From positions 3,392,001-3,456,000 of the forward strand of contig OZ244042.1 of assembly GCA_965215015.1 (NCBI GenBank): a DNA stretch of 64,000 nt. Reading direction: 5' to 3'. The position numbers were made by a program, and so were the translations under genes. The notes beneath the pieces were generated by a model. It searched no databases and had not been told where the DNA came from. It saw only the letters and a list, made by a program, of their open reading frames with translations. Origin of the DNA: Candidatus Poribacteria bacterium. GTDB taxonomy: Bacteria; Poribacteria; WGA-4E; PCPOR2b. Below, piece after piece: positions 30,730 to 41,817 of this stretch (the stretch's first letter is position 1; each line of letters begins with the position of its first letter).

Positions 30730-32499
30730 TTACTCGACCGTTTCATCAGGATCATCAGCAGAAAGGTCCTCGCCTCGATGGAGGCGGAGTGCTAGATTTG
30801 CTGTCTGTCGTAAGGCACGGGCGGTCGGTGCGTGTGCTGCTAAGTACCGGGCGGCCGCAACTAGCGTCATCTGAGTGTGCTCTTCATCCAACTCCTCTAT
30901 TTGATGGACCGCAGCTTCAAGCATCTGGAAGGAGTGAAACTCGGCGTCTTCGCGCAACAGGACGTGCCCCAGTTTCTGGATGACCGCGGCGCGGGGATGC
31001 CCCAGTGAAAGGTAGCGGTAAACATACATGCCTGCCTCATCCACTTTGGCTTGCGTGTTAAGAAGGTTCACAAAGCCATCGAGCAGTTCATCTGCGTTTG
31101 TTGGAAGCGTATTGGTCTCCCGTCGATGTTGTGGCAGCCGTGCGGCCGGCATGTTGAACCAGCGATCAAAGTAGATTGCCACCGCGCCATGAAAAATACC
31201 GCGGGCAAGTTCTAGCGATGGAGCACGCTTTGCACACTGATGAAGGGCATTGGCGTAGGTGTAGGTGTGCAGCACAGCGATCCAGTCGCCGAACTCGTTT
31301 TTTGTGTGGAAACGAGCGATTCGCATCGCCGCCGCGTAGGCAAGTGTCTGTGTCAATTCGGTCAGCGTCGCCCCCTCCTTGAATGCCGCCTTAAGTGCGC
31401 CCACCGTGGCCAAGGGATTGTCGCCTAGCAAGACTTCGACGAGCTGTTCAGCACCATCCCACTGTTGACCTGCACCCTCGGGCACAAGTGCTTCCAATTC
31501 TTCAAATGCATCATTGAGCAAGGGAACAAAATCTATCGGACTGCGCCACCGATTCTGTTCTTCAGCCCGCGATGAACCCGCGAGGCCACTGGCGAGTGTT
31601 GGCAGAATTTCACTTGCCTTATCCCAACCGATACGCTCTAGCAGTTCAAAGCTCTTATTGATAAAATCGAGTATGTGTCCACCATCCCGGTAGAAGTGAT
31701 CCGTCGCTGCGGCGACCATCATATCGCAGACCTGTGCAGGCGTTCCTCCGGACGAAATCGCTGTCAGCAGCGTACGCTCAGCTCCGTCAGCGTTGCGGAC
31801 TTCAATGAAATATCGGAACCATTCTTTCAGGCGTTCAATCGAGTGCTTATCTGTTTCTAGAGGCATGAGTTCTACACGCGGCGGGGAAGCCGCTACCTCT
31901 TGTGAAACATGGAGTAACCCTTGATAGAGTGCAAGAACCCTATCTTCTTCTGTAAGTTGTGGAACGACATTTGCCATTGCTGTGAGGATGGTCAGTCCCG
32001 GTCCCCAGCCAGCGCGACGCCCATGTGCCCCATACAGTGCTCCAATCTCAACGATATCATCCGCTGCAGCGTGATGCGCCCGAAGCGCGATGACTGCTTT
32101 AGCGATAATCAGGTTGATGTTCTGCTCAAGTCCTTCATTCAAACGCTGTTTCCAACGCGTGGCGGGGTCATCTCCATTTGCGTGGATACTGACATAAACC
32201 TGCCCCTCCTGAATCTTAACCGGATAGGATTGCACATCGTCCGCAAACGGATCGAATGTGCAGCCACTCTCCAAATCGAACCGTGCGTGATGCCAATGGC
32301 AAATCAGAATGCCGTTGTGAATTGTCCCTTGGCTCAAGGGATACCCCATGTGCGGACAACGATTATCCACGGCACGGATTTTCCCTTCGCTATGTGTCAA
32401 GGCGACCGAATGGCCTTCGACATTGAGGGCGATAATCGATCCTTCGGGAATGTCCTCGACACGGAGGCACTGTACGAAGTCAGATGTCATTTCAGCCAT
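30730..32499 (-). CDS. Rieske 2Fe-2S domain protein with long helical C-terminal region
   Basis: CPHMG..CHWH Rieske motif; AAGGAG RBS. Confidence 0.85.
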   Translation of the reverse strand: MAEMTSDFVQCLRVEDIPEGSIIALNVEGHSVALTHSEGKIRAVDNRCPHMGYPLSQGTIHNGILICHWHHARFDLESGCTFDPFADDVQSYPVKIQEGQVYVSIHANGDDPATRWKQRLNEGLEQNINLIIAKAVIALRAHHAAADDIVEIGALYGAHGRRAGWGPGLTILTAMANVVPQLTEEDRVLALYQGLLHVSQEVAASPPRVELMPLETDKHSIERLKEWFRYFIEVRNADGAERTLLTAISSGGTPAQVCDMMVAAATDHFYRDGGHILDFINKSFELLERIGWDKASEILPTLASGLAGSSRAEEQNRWRSPIDFVPLLNDAFEELEALVPEGAGQQWDGAEQLVEVLLGDNPLATVGALKAAFKEGATLTELTQTLAYAAAMRIARFHTKNEFGDWIAVLHTYTYANALHQCAKRAPSLELARGIFHGAVAIYFDRWFNMPAARLPQHRRETNTLPTNADELLDGFVNLLNTQAKVDEAGMYVYRYLSLGHPRAAVIQKLGHVLLREDAEFHSFQMLEAAVHQIEELDEEHTQMTLVAAARYLAAHAPTARALRQTANLALRLHRGEDLSADDPDETVE

Positions 32500-32796
32500 T
32501 TTGTACACTCCTTTATTCTTGGGGAAGTTGCGAGTTGTAAATTCCAGGTCAGATCGATTTTTCACAAGCCTATCTTAGTCACTCGCTGTGAATGCAAATA
32601 GCTGCTTGCAGACTACGACGTTCATCAGGTCAATTTTAGGATAACAAGAACACAAAGTCAAGGGAAAAGATTTGATATATCCTTGCCTATTCAATCTGTA
32701 TGATCCATCTAGACGCTTTGTTGGATTTGGTAAGGGGACTTGTTGTCTGATATGGCAATGGTATCAGTAAGGGGATTTTCCAATCGAAGTTAGGCG

Positions 32797-32826
32797 TTGA
32801 CACTTTAGGTATGGGCGTGATACCAT
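32797..32826 (+). promoter_or_regulatory. Putative sigma70 promoter of birA
   Basis: TTGACA-18 nt-TACCAT with a TG extended -10. Confidence 0.5.
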
Positions 32827-32837
32827 GAAAACTCATA

Positions 32838-33638
32838 ATGACAACCAACGACATTCTATCCGGGCTGCACAATCAAACGATCGGGCGGCAGATTCAAATC
32901 TACGATCAGGTGCGCTCAACGAACGATTTGGCACTCCAATGCGGTATTGATGGCGCACAGGAGGGCACACTTATCTTAGCAGAGAACCAGACCCAAGGGC
33001 GGGGTCGGCACGGCAGAAGATGGCATGCCCCTCCTGGATCGAGCCTCCTTGTATCGGTCATCCTGCGGCACCGGCTCCGTGCAGATCAGGTCGGTTTACC
33101 TAATCTCATCGGTGCAGTTGCCATCGCAACAGCGATCGATGAGTTGACGAATCTTTCGACACGGATTAAGTGGCCCAACGATGTACTAATTCAAGGGAAA
33201 AAGGTGAGCGGTGTCTTGACGGAGTTGGAATACGATCGACATCGGCAGCCGTTTTTCGTCATGGGGTTCGGTGTCAACGTCAATACAACATGGACAAATT
33301 TGCCGGAGGAACTTCGTGCTTCCGCTACCTCTTTGCAAATAGAAAGTAATAGGGAGATGTCCCGCGTCGTGCTGCTCCAGGCTATCCTACACCGGCTTGA
33401 AGAAAACTACTTGTGCTTGAAACATAGTGATACTGAATCGATTATTGCAACCGCAAACAGGCTATCATACCGTTTTGGCGATTGGGTCCAGATTAAGACT
33501 GCTGATAGGGTCTTTCGTGGTCAAGCCGAGGTGATTGATTGGGACGGGGGGCTGCTGGTCAGAGATATAAATGGAAAACGGCGGAAATTTCTGGTTGGAG
33601 AGGTCGTCCAAGCTGGGCAGGAAACGCCGAAAAATTAG
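32838..33638 (+). CDS. birA: Biotin-[acetyl-CoA-carboxylase] ligase (no HTH domain)
   Basis: STND, QTQGRGRHGRRW, IKWPND, KKVSGVL, GFGVNVN. Confidence 0.95.
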   Translation: MTTNDILSGLHNQTIGRQIQIYDQVRSTNDLALQCGIDGAQEGTLILAENQTQGRGRHGRRWHAPPGSSLLVSVILRHRLRADQVGLPNLIGAVAIATAIDELTNLSTRIKWPNDVLIQGKKVSGVLTELEYDRHRQPFFVMGFGVNVNTTWTNLPEELRASATSLQIESNREMSRVVLLQAILHRLEENYLCLKHSDTESIIATANRLSYRFGDWVQIKTADRVFRGQAEVIDWDGGLLVRDINGKRRKFLVGEVVQAGQETPKN

Positions 33639-33661
33639 CAGTTGAAAGAAAGGATTTTATT

Positions 33662-34084
33662 ATGGCCATTGGAACAAAAAACAAAGTTATCAAAGGATGT
33701 GGTGCCCATCACATTGCTGTGCATACACGCGATTGGGAGGATTCACTGCGACTCTATCAAGACGTGCTTGGTATGGAGATTGTCGCGGAATTTGGATCGC
33801 CAGAACGTAAGATTCTCCTGCTGGATATGGGGGATGGAAGCCACATGGAGCTTTTCCAGCCGACTGCGGATGGGCCCAAACCGGGAGATCCGGCACCGAA
33901 TAACCCTGTGAACCATTTTGCGTTGACGACAACCGACATCCATGGGGCGGTGGAGCATATTCGCGAGGCGGGGTATGAGATTACGGTTGAACCGCGCGAT
34001 GTAAGCCTTGGGGAGTTACAGGTGACGATTGCTTTCTTCAGAGGTCCAAACGGCGAAAGCGTCGAGTTCTTCCAAACGAATTGA
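33662..34084 (+). CDS. VOC/glyoxalase family protein
   Basis: HHIAV, ELFQ, NHFAL, FFRGPNGESVEFFQ. Confidence 0.9.
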   Translation: MAIGTKNKVIKGCGAHHIAVHTRDWEDSLRLYQDVLGMEIVAEFGSPERKILLLDMGDGSHMELFQPTADGPKPGDPAPNNPVNHFALTTTDIHGAVEHIREAGYEITVEPRDVSLGELQVTIAFFRGPNGESVEFFQTN

Positions 34085-34233
34085 CGCGTGAAACGTAAAA
34101 ACAATTTGTTCATCAGTTCATTATGCCGTTGAGCTAGGAAGTCTGACCCACGGCTGTTGCACAATCTGCTAACATAAACTAAACGTGAGACGCGAGTATT
34201 TTATGGTCATTAATCATTGTAGGAGTTGTTTTT

Positions 34234-35475
34234 ATGCAGGTTGAAATCGCCCGACATGCCCTTGACCGCGTGCCGTTGTCAATCATCTTTGATGACTCAA
34301 CGGTGTTGGTCAACCTGAATTACTTCTTTATGCGTGACCGCAATCTTGTAGACGGGGAAAATCGTCGGTGGCAAGATGTGCCCGTTGTCCACCCGGAGTC
34401 ATTCGTCCGTGAATTCGCTGAGTGGTGCCTTGAGCACGGCGTCCGGGGAAAGTATAGCGTTGTCCCGTGTCCCGCTGCCTTGGGGCGTATTGATGAGGGA
34501 TTGCCGCTCTTTAGTAAGGCGCAGCAAGAAAGCTGGTTGCGGATGTGCAGAGAGGTCATTACCCCCGCCTACGACATCACACCTGAGATGATTACGCATA
34601 CCGTTGTGGTCGATCCGAAAACCTGTAAACCCCTGGAGTCGGGGATCTGGGAGCAGTACAATTGGAACAATCTGCCCGTCGATCAGGAGGAATTGGTGAT
34701 TGACTACATTACGACCGCCTGCCAGATTTTGGAGAACGTCGGATTAACGCCGGAAGGGGTCACTTCTCCCGGTGGGTTCGGCAATCCGCTCGACTTCTAT
34801 GCGAAGGTTGTCGGTATCGCAGCACGGGAGGTTACAGGCAACCCCACGCCCTATTTGTTCAAGCGAGTCTCCGCCGATGGGCCCGTTGAAACGCCCGTTT
34901 GGTATACGAATCGGGAGGCGGGCACAGCGGTAGGCGAGATTATCGCTTCCACCGGCGACTGGACTGGCTCGTGGACCGGCTACGGTGAGGTCAATGTCGA
35001 TAAATATATCACTGCAGACTTGCAAGGTGGACGTCTCCCCGCCGTCATTGACGCCGGTGATCCGGCGGTGCTCATTAGCCACTGGCAGGGGTTTTATGGC
35101 TTACACAACGACGACCGTCGTGGGTTTAATGCCTTCAAGACTGTCGTCCGTCGCTTGCAGGAGCGTGACCCGAATGGTGAGCGGACGCAGTGGCGCAAAT
35201 GCAGCGAGATTACAAACTACGCGTGTGCCCGGGAGATGGCTGAGGTAGTGGTGGAGGGCAATTCAATACGGCTTGACCTACCGGTGCGTGTCCCCGATTT
35301 GACGCTCCGCTTGACCGGCGTTGACATCCGAGGTGTCTCTGTGGATGGGGTAGACCTGACCCGTGCTGGACGCCGCGCTGCCTTCAAGAGCAACACCTTC
35401 TTGGCAGAGAACAATATCACCTTTGTTGCGTTCAATCCAACACATCGTCAGCCGGTTATCAAAGTTCAAGTATAG
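34234..35475 (+). CDS. Conserved hypothetical protein (polysaccharide deacetylase-like barrel)
   Basis: AGGAG RBS; IIFDD, EMITH, GVTSPGGFG, SHWQ motifs. Confidence 0.55.
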   Translation: MQVEIARHALDRVPLSIIFDDSTVLVNLNYFFMRDRNLVDGENRRWQDVPVVHPESFVREFAEWCLEHGVRGKYSVVPCPAALGRIDEGLPLFSKAQQESWLRMCREVITPAYDITPEMITHTVVVDPKTCKPLESGIWEQYNWNNLPVDQEELVIDYITTACQILENVGLTPEGVTSPGGFGNPLDFYAKVVGIAAREVTGNPTPYLFKRVSADGPVETPVWYTNREAGTAVGEIIASTGDWTGSWTGYGEVNVDKYITADLQGGRLPAVIDAGDPAVLISHWQGFYGLHNDDRRGFNAFKTVVRRLQERDPNGERTQWRKCSEITNYACAREMAEVVVEGNSIRLDLPVRVPDLTLRLTGVDIRGVSVDGVDLTRAGRRAAFKSNTFLAENNITFVAFNPTHRQPVIKVQV

Positions 35476-35973
35476 GTGAGAAATAGGGTAATGGAAAGGG
35501 AGGAACTGGATATAATTCTACTTGGTATCTGTATTACCTTTGCAGGTTTTCATACTAGCGAATCTGTTTTTCGGGGCCCTTGCTGTTCCGAAACCTATGA
35601 GATATAAAAACAAAGCATCTATTATAAATCTGTTGCCCTGTTGGAGTTTTAGGGTACTTGGGTTAGGCTGCTTTGCTGTATACATAGTACTCCGCTGGAG
35701 CGAAAGGTAAAGCACTTCAATTTTAGCAGAAAATTGATGGATTTTCAATACCTAGTGATTTGGGTTATAAGGGCATTTGGTTCTCCTTGTCGGTTGAAAA
35801 CGCTCGGAACGGAGAGGAATCTCTGAATCCCGACACCTCCCTGTAGGTGCTTGTATCCCGATCTATCGGGAAACGACTTCTCGATCGCGACTTCCCCGCA
35901 GAACCGACAGAAAGCTGAAAACTAAATACCCCTAACTGGTTTATTATAAAACCGTTGAAAAGGAGTCAGACCT

Positions 35974-37611
35974 ATGAGCGTTTCGTTTAACAATGCGCCT
36001 ATCCTGCTTACCGATGAGCAGATGCGTCAATTCATTGTCGATGGCTATATCATGCTGGAGCCGTCCGTTCCCGATGAACTACATGGAACCATCCGCAGGA
36101 AACTTGCAGACATTCTAGAGGCGGGCAGCAATCCGGGGAACAACGTGCTGCCACGGGTGCCGGAGATGCGTCATATCCTCAACAGTCCTGAAGTGCGCGG
36201 CGCATTGATAAGTACGTTGGGTGAGGGGTATATCGAACACCCGCACCGTTACTGTCATCATTTGGCAGCGGTCACCGACCCAGATCCGGAACCAGCGGTT
36301 AAATTGGCCGCAAACTGCCACCAAGATTCATACACTCCTTTAGGTAGACCCCGGCAGCACTATTCGCGTTTCGCTAGGATTATGTACTATCCGCAGGACA
36401 CGCCGATCGAATTGGGACCGACCCATGCCATCCCCGGTACACAATTCCATAAGCACCTGACCGATGAGGACCGGACGCAAGCCATTCCAATGGAAGGAAA
36501 AGCGGGCACTGTGTCGCTGACACATTTCGACGTAGGTCATGCTGCAGGTGTCAACCTCCTCAATCAACCCCGCGATATGGTGAAGTTCATTTACGTTCGA
36601 GCGTCGGAGCCTACCGCCCCATCGTGGGATTGTCAAAGCCTTCAGTGGCAGAATCCAGCTGCTATCGAAACACCGTACCATTTAGAGCTGGTGTGGTCTC
36701 ACATGTGGGACTGGTTATGTGGGAAACGCGACCGTTATGAAAGTTTCCGAAACAGTGGCATCCAATTGACGAAAAGCCATTTATCTCAATACATCAGTGA
36801 TTTGGGGAAAGATAAGAGTTTAGCTGACCGACTGAGGGCGATTTATGATCTGGCTGGACTCGGATCTGACGCCGCGGAAGCTATCCCTGTCCTGATCTCC
36901 ATGTTGGATAAAGACCATCAAGCGGCGCGGGTGGCTGCAATCTATACGCTTGGTGCGATTGGGAAACCTGCCGTTGCACCACTGATAGAGCGGTTGAGAG
37001 CAGCGGGCGATCGAGAAGCCGCGCATCCAATTCCTGAACCTTGGAACGAAGGGGCCATTTCGATGGAGGATGCAGCACACGCTTTGACCGCTATTGGAGC
37101 ACCGGCTGTGCCTGCCCTGACCGAAGCCCTTGAGTCTCAGAGTGAGTGGGTACGCATTAATGCCAGCTTTGCCTTGGGGGAATTGGATTCCCATGCAGCA
37201 AGTGCTGTATCGAGCCTAACAGCACGTTTGGGCGATGATTCGCATCGTGTTGTTCGCACCGCGACAGATGCGCTAGGAAGCATCCGTCAGGGTGCCCCGA
37301 CGTTTATCCCACATATTAACCGTTTGCTGTTAGAGGATCAGGCAGATTGGCACGCGGAGGAACGTCGTGGGTGGACAATTCAAGATCAGGTTCGTACCAA
37401 CGCAGCGATGGCCTTTACACGGTTGGGGAAGGATGCCGTAGGTGCCGAGGAGGTTTTGTTCCATGCGCTCGACGATCCGTGTGGGCATGTAGGTGCTTTT
37501 GCGATGGACGCTTTGAGACGTATTGATTCGCTGACCGCTCGACAAGCGGTTATGTCGTATTTGGAAGCCCAACGTTGGGATGAATCTATCACTGCGGACA
37601 GGCAGTTTTGA
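35974..37611 (+). CDS. Phytanoyl-CoA dioxygenase (PhyH) domain fused to HEAT repeats
   Basis: QFIVDGY, HQD, YYPQDT..GPT..IPGT, H(AA); then A..LG.IG..AVP.L repeats. Confidence 0.88.
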   Translation: MSVSFNNAPILLTDEQMRQFIVDGYIMLEPSVPDELHGTIRRKLADILEAGSNPGNNVLPRVPEMRHILNSPEVRGALISTLGEGYIEHPHRYCHHLAAVTDPDPEPAVKLAANCHQDSYTPLGRPRQHYSRFARIMYYPQDTPIELGPTHAIPGTQFHKHLTDEDRTQAIPMEGKAGTVSLTHFDVGHAAGVNLLNQPRDMVKFIYVRASEPTAPSWDCQSLQWQNPAAIETPYHLELVWSHMWDWLCGKRDRYESFRNSGIQLTKSHLSQYISDLGKDKSLADRLRAIYDLAGLGSDAAEAIPVLISMLDKDHQAARVAAIYTLGAIGKPAVAPLIERLRAAGDREAAHPIPEPWNEGAISMEDAAHALTAIGAPAVPALTEALESQSEWVRINASFALGELDSHAASAVSSLTARLGDDSHRVVRTATDALGSIRQGAPTFIPHINRLLLEDQADWHAEERRGWTIQDQVRTNAAMAFTRLGKDAVGAEEVLFHALDDPCGHVGAFAMDALRRIDSLTARQAVMSYLEAQRWDESITADRQF

Positions 37612-38346
37612 GAGGAAGGCTGATAGTGATTTTCGCTTTCTGTTTACCCGTCAAGTATTTCCGACATGTGTCTTGTATAGTGTTATGTATCCTATTGATG
37701 TTGCTTCTTAGGGTTGCACAGAATGAGGGGAAGAAGATGAAATCGTATATTCATTTCCTACCAACTGGCCAATGACACCGTTAACAGCGGCAGAGATCGG
37801 GGCGGTCTCACAATGGCGTCTCGAGGAGCTTGCTGCTGAACGCTATCCCAACAATCAATTAAAATCAGTAAGTATTACTGAACTACCCGATACTTAACAG
37901 TCCTAGGTCGGCCTGTAATAGGGTTGTATTAGCAACAGCGTACATCGAAAAGGTTTCAGAGTATAAGCTTTTACCGGAACCTGCAAAGGAAGCTTTTATC
38001 AAAAATCCTTTAGGGGTAAAACCCATTCTCCTCCGCTTGTGGGGCTTGGGGATACCCCATACGCTTTAGCGTTTTTTTACAGAAAAGGGTTTGAGTTTTC
38101 AACCCATTTAGATAGAGACGGTGTTACTGCAGCAAACGGTTAGCCGGGGTAAACTCCGCAACGGTTTTCCCGTGGCTTAATCCGCCCGGAACATTGCGCT
38201 ATAGTCCGGGTGTTTTCAATTCACCAGACACGGTTACGAGACACACCGGGTATTGAGGTGCCCCTACGGTTTCTGTTGCACGATTTCTTAACATGAGCCA
38301 ATTGGTTATTAAGCTGCGATCTCTAAGCGGAAGAAGATTTCGTGCT

Positions 38347-39519
38347 TCACCCGGGGAACGGCGCAATTGCTTTGCTTCGTAGGTAATCGACGTTCATCTC
38401 AATGCCCAAACCGGGACGGTTGGACAGATGCAGGCAGCCGTCCCTGATGTCAAGTGGATGATCCATCAACACATCATAGGCGTTGAGTTTGGCGCGGCTG
38501 GTCTCCAGCTTGTAGAAGTTCGGGACTGTCATCATCGTATGCGCTCCCGCCAGCACGTTGATAGGTCCGCTTGCATCGTGTGGGGAAATTGGCACGTAGT
38601 AAGCCTCCGCCTGCGTCGCAATTTTCTTCAACTCTGAGATACCACCCGCCCATGTCACATCTGGCATGATATAGTCGGCAAGTTCGTTTTCAAGGATCGG
38701 CACAAACTCATAGCGGGTATGGAGTCGCTCACCAACACAGATTGGCACGCTGACGTTCTGCCTGACCTGTTTCAATGCGTTGTAACTCTCGACGGGGACC
38801 GGCTCTTCAAACCAGCCGATGTTGTAAGGCTCCAACCGTTTGGCGAGCCGAATTGCTGTCGCTACATCGAACCGACCGTGGCAGTCAATGAGAATTTGGA
38901 TGCTGGGTCCAACCGCCTCCCGAATCGCAGCGATCACATTTGCGCCCTGTTCCTCTCCTGCGGCGTCCATCTGTCCACTCAAATAGCCGTTGGTTTCTTC
39001 CGGATGGTGAGGGAACGGGTCGGTCTTCAAGGCGGTGTGCCCGGTTTCTGCAATCGCTTTGCAATGTGCTGCTACACTCTCCGGATCTTTCCCGCCTCCT
39101 GGATGTGTGTAAAGGGATATCGATTCCCGGACGGGGCCCCCACCGATTAGCTCATAAATTGGTAAGCCCAACTGCCTCCCGCGGATATCCCACAACGCGA
39201 TGTCAATAGCACTGACGATATTTGACGTAGCCCCCCGTGTCCCCATGTAAGTGAACGCTCGGAAAACCTTGTTCCATATCGTCTCAATGCGCGTTGCCTC
39301 GTCGCCCTCGATTAGATTGCTGGTTTGTGCAAGCATAGCACAGACTGCTCTATTTGCTACCGGGGAGGTGCCGGTAACTTCACCCCACCCGGTGATGCCT
39401 TCGTCTGTTGAGACCTCAACGAAGACATACTCCCTTTCTCTGTCGGGAGGTTCATCGGTTGTATCCAAGTACGGTGCCTGTGATCTAACAAGCCACGGTG
39501 TCACACCGGTTATCTTCAT
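38347..39519 (-). CDS. Mandelate racemase/galactonate dehydratase-like enolase superfamily enzyme
   Basis: TDEGITGWGE, SAIDIALWDI, KTD, DCHG, WFEEP, GER, PH, PGLG. Confidence 0.92.
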   Translation of the reverse strand: MKITGVTPWLVRSQAPYLDTTDEPPDREREYVFVEVSTDEGITGWGEVTGTSPVANRAVCAMLAQTSNLIEGDEATRIETIWNKVFRAFTYMGTRGATSNIVSAIDIALWDIRGRQLGLPIYELIGGGPVRESISLYTHPGGGKDPESVAAHCKAIAETGHTALKTDPFPHHPEETNGYLSGQMDAAGEEQGANVIAAIREAVGPSIQILIDCHGRFDVATAIRLAKRLEPYNIGWFEEPVPVESYNALKQVRQNVSVPICVGERLHTRYEFVPILENELADYIMPDVTWAGGISELKKIATQAEAYYVPISPHDASGPINVLAGAHTMMTVPNFYKLETSRAKLNAYDVLMDHPLDIRDGCLHLSNRPGLGIEMNVDYLRSKAIAPFPG

Positions 39520-39821
39520 CGTTTAACTCCTCTTTTCTAGTGGGTTTGTGTTATTGGTTTATGTAAAGTAAGGTGCAAAGCATCCGCAAATTAACACAAA
39601 TCTACCCTAATAAAAAAGGAGAGATCAAAGACGAGCAACTACAAGAGTTGCTCCTACAGTCTACCCAAGACCCGAAATGTTCGGATGGGTATCCTACTCC
39701 CCGATAAATCGGTTCTGACGTTTCAAGTCCCATCGGGACTTAGAGACGCCGAGAAGCCTCGACGAGTCGGGAGATGCAAGCCCCTACGATTGCCGTTGCA
39801 CGATTTTTTACGTAAGCGGCG

Positions 39822-40574
39822 TTACTTCGCTTCCTCAGCACGGTTGATGAACTCGGCAGCACCCGCAGAGATCCACGCGCCAACGCTCGTGAATAGGAAG
39901 CGGACGCCTGCCGCAGCATATTTCGCAACATTGTCGTTGTTGGCAAGGGAACCGGCGACACGCCCTGCCGCTTGGATGCGGGCTAATGTATCATCAATTG
40001 TGTGCTGAACATCGGGGTGCTGAAGGTCGCCGATGTGTCCCATTGAAGTTGCCAGATCCGATGGTGCGACGAAGAACACATCGATGTGGTCCACCGTCAA
40101 GATTTCATCGAGGTTTCTGACAGCGATGATGTCTTCAATTAGGACGATTAGCAGTGTCTCATCGTTGGCGACTTGAACGTAATCGGGAACGGCGAACCCC
40201 TGACGGCTGGTATACATGCCCCGGTAGCCGATAGGTGCGAATTTGCCGCCATCGACTAGGTTCTGTGCTTCTTCCTTCGTGTTGACGTGTGGGACGACAA
40301 TGCCTTGAGCCCCTCGATCGAGGGTGCGATAGATCAGCCCCTGATCATTTCGGTTGATGCGAACAACGGAGGTCATTCCCCAGATGTCGCAGGCGCGAGT
40401 GAGGTTGCCGAGTTCAGCAGCATCCACGGGGCCGTGTTCGCCCTCCAGCCAAATACCGTCGAAGCCCGCGGGTCCAAAGGCATCAATGTCGTCCGGATGG
40501 GTCATACCGCCAGCGACATAAACGGTGTTACCTTCAGCCAATTTATGCTTAATTCTATTCGGTCTAAGTTTCAT
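39822..40574 (-). CDS. HpcH/HpaI family aldolase
   Basis: EGEHG, LDRGAQGIVVPHV, P.GYRG, LIED, APSDL. Confidence 0.92.
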   Translation of the reverse strand: MKLRPNRIKHKLAEGNTVYVAGGMTHPDDIDAFGPAGFDGIWLEGEHGPVDAAELGNLTRACDIWGMTSVVRINRNDQGLIYRTLDRGAQGIVVPHVNTKEEAQNLVDGGKFAPIGYRGMYTSRQGFAVPDYVQVANDETLLIVLIEDIIAVRNLDEILTVDHIDVFFVAPSDLATSMGHIGDLQHPDVQHTIDDTLARIQAAGRVAGSLANNDNVAKYAAAGVRFLFTSVGAWISAGAAEFINRAEEAK

Positions 40575-40740
40575 ATTTAATTCCCCTTGTTGTTAGTTGG
40601 TATGGCACTTGTAGAATGAATGTCTGAATCGCGAATTAGTATATTCTAAGGGCAAACCACAATTGCTCTCTTGATCTGGAGATTGGGGTTTGCGATGATG
40701 CGCTGTGCAACAACGGTAAAGTCATGGCTTTCTCTTGGTC

Positions 40741-41799
40741 TCACCTAGCATCTGCATGGCCTTTCCTTGTGGTGAGTTTCTCTGCAAGACGTTTGATTTC
40801 AGGGTTGGGGTCATAGAGTGCAAGTTCAAAAATCCCCCGATGTTGGGTTACATCTAGTGTTGGAAGCAGAGCGGCCGTTTCAAGGCGCACGCATGCCTCA
40901 CGGTCTTTCAGGCCTCGCTCAAACCAACGGGGAGCGTCCTCGACAGCGTGCTTAGCAAGCGCGGCGATCGCTGCGGCTCGAATCCGTTTGTTTTGAGATT
41001 CAGCGAATGGCAAAATGGCCTCTGGATCTCCATTCTCACAGTGGGCTATCGTTTGTAAGGCGGCGATGCGAACCTCCAGTGACTCATCCGAGAGAAACAG
41101 TGTGCACCAGTCGTAGAGATCTTCGTTTCCAAGCCGTGCCAGCGTTTTAAGACCACGGATGCGTCGTTGTGGTTTCGTGGCGGCGAGGTCATCAAGCGCA
41201 CTTTCCTCACGGGGGTCTACCTGCTCCGGAGGAGGTTCTGTTTCAACTTCAGCCGGTTCAGGAAAACAGTCGAAGCGCAAATCTTCAGGCGTGATTTCAA
41301 CCCCTTGGAAAAAGTCGGGCAGCCATTGATGCAGCTTCTGCGACAGTTCATCTGGGCGGATAGTGCTGCCGGTGCCGGAGTTGGTGCGATTTTCCATCCA
41401 ACGCGCTAGCCGATCTATTCCGGGGTGCCGCGGACTAATACCTTCGTAGGACTTGTGTTGGAGTTTATGATTCACCCATTTGGCAATATGTTCAGGCGAA
41501 TTCAGTAGTTCCAACGTAAAATGTGAACGTATCACCGTGGGTGGGACACGCCCCCGGATGGCAATAACTCCGCTGCCGCGCATAACGAGATTTTTTCCAA
41601 GGCGGCTATACAACTCATGAACATCAATTTCACAGGCAAGGACAAATGGTGAGCTACCCGCTCTGCGCGCTTTGTGTTTAGCACGACCCTGGGCATACTG
41701 CTTACTCGTAGTGAACCAGACCGCCCCCTTCCTTGGCAGAAAACCGATTTCGGCAATTCTAATCGCATTCCGTAAGGTTGTGCCGTGATAGAAATTCAT
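40741..41799 (-). CDS. HEAT-repeat protein with N-terminal ADP-ribosyltransferase-like domain
   Basis: FYHGT..GF..VWFT..YA N-terminus; C-terminal D....VR..A repeats; AGGAG RBS. Confidence 0.6.
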   Translation of the reverse strand: MNFYHGTTLRNAIRIAEIGFLPRKGAVWFTTSKQYAQGRAKHKARRAGSSPFVLACEIDVHELYSRLGKNLVMRGSGVIAIRGRVPPTVIRSHFTLELLNSPEHIAKWVNHKLQHKSYEGISPRHPGIDRLARWMENRTNSGTGSTIRPDELSQKLHQWLPDFFQGVEITPEDLRFDCFPEPAEVETEPPPEQVDPREESALDDLAATKPQRRIRGLKTLARLGNEDLYDWCTLFLSDESLEVRIAALQTIAHCENGDPEAILPFAESQNKRIRAAAIAALAKHAVEDAPRWFERGLKDREACVRLETAALLPTLDVTQHRGIFELALYDPNPEIKRLAEKLTTRKGHADAR

Positions 41800-41817
41800 T
41801 ACGCTCTCCTGTTATTC

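Noticed and set aside
31921-32601. 226-aa plus-strand ORF
   Set aside because: Antisense to the well-supported Rieske protein gene.
15597-33638. bioA and birA as a biotin operon
   Set aside because: 16 kb apart with unrelated genes between; BirA lacks an HTH and no operator was recognised.
37620-38340. Long intergenic region, possible ncRNA or gene remnant
   Set aside because: Only a short startless open frame and scattered palindromes; no recognisable RNA family.
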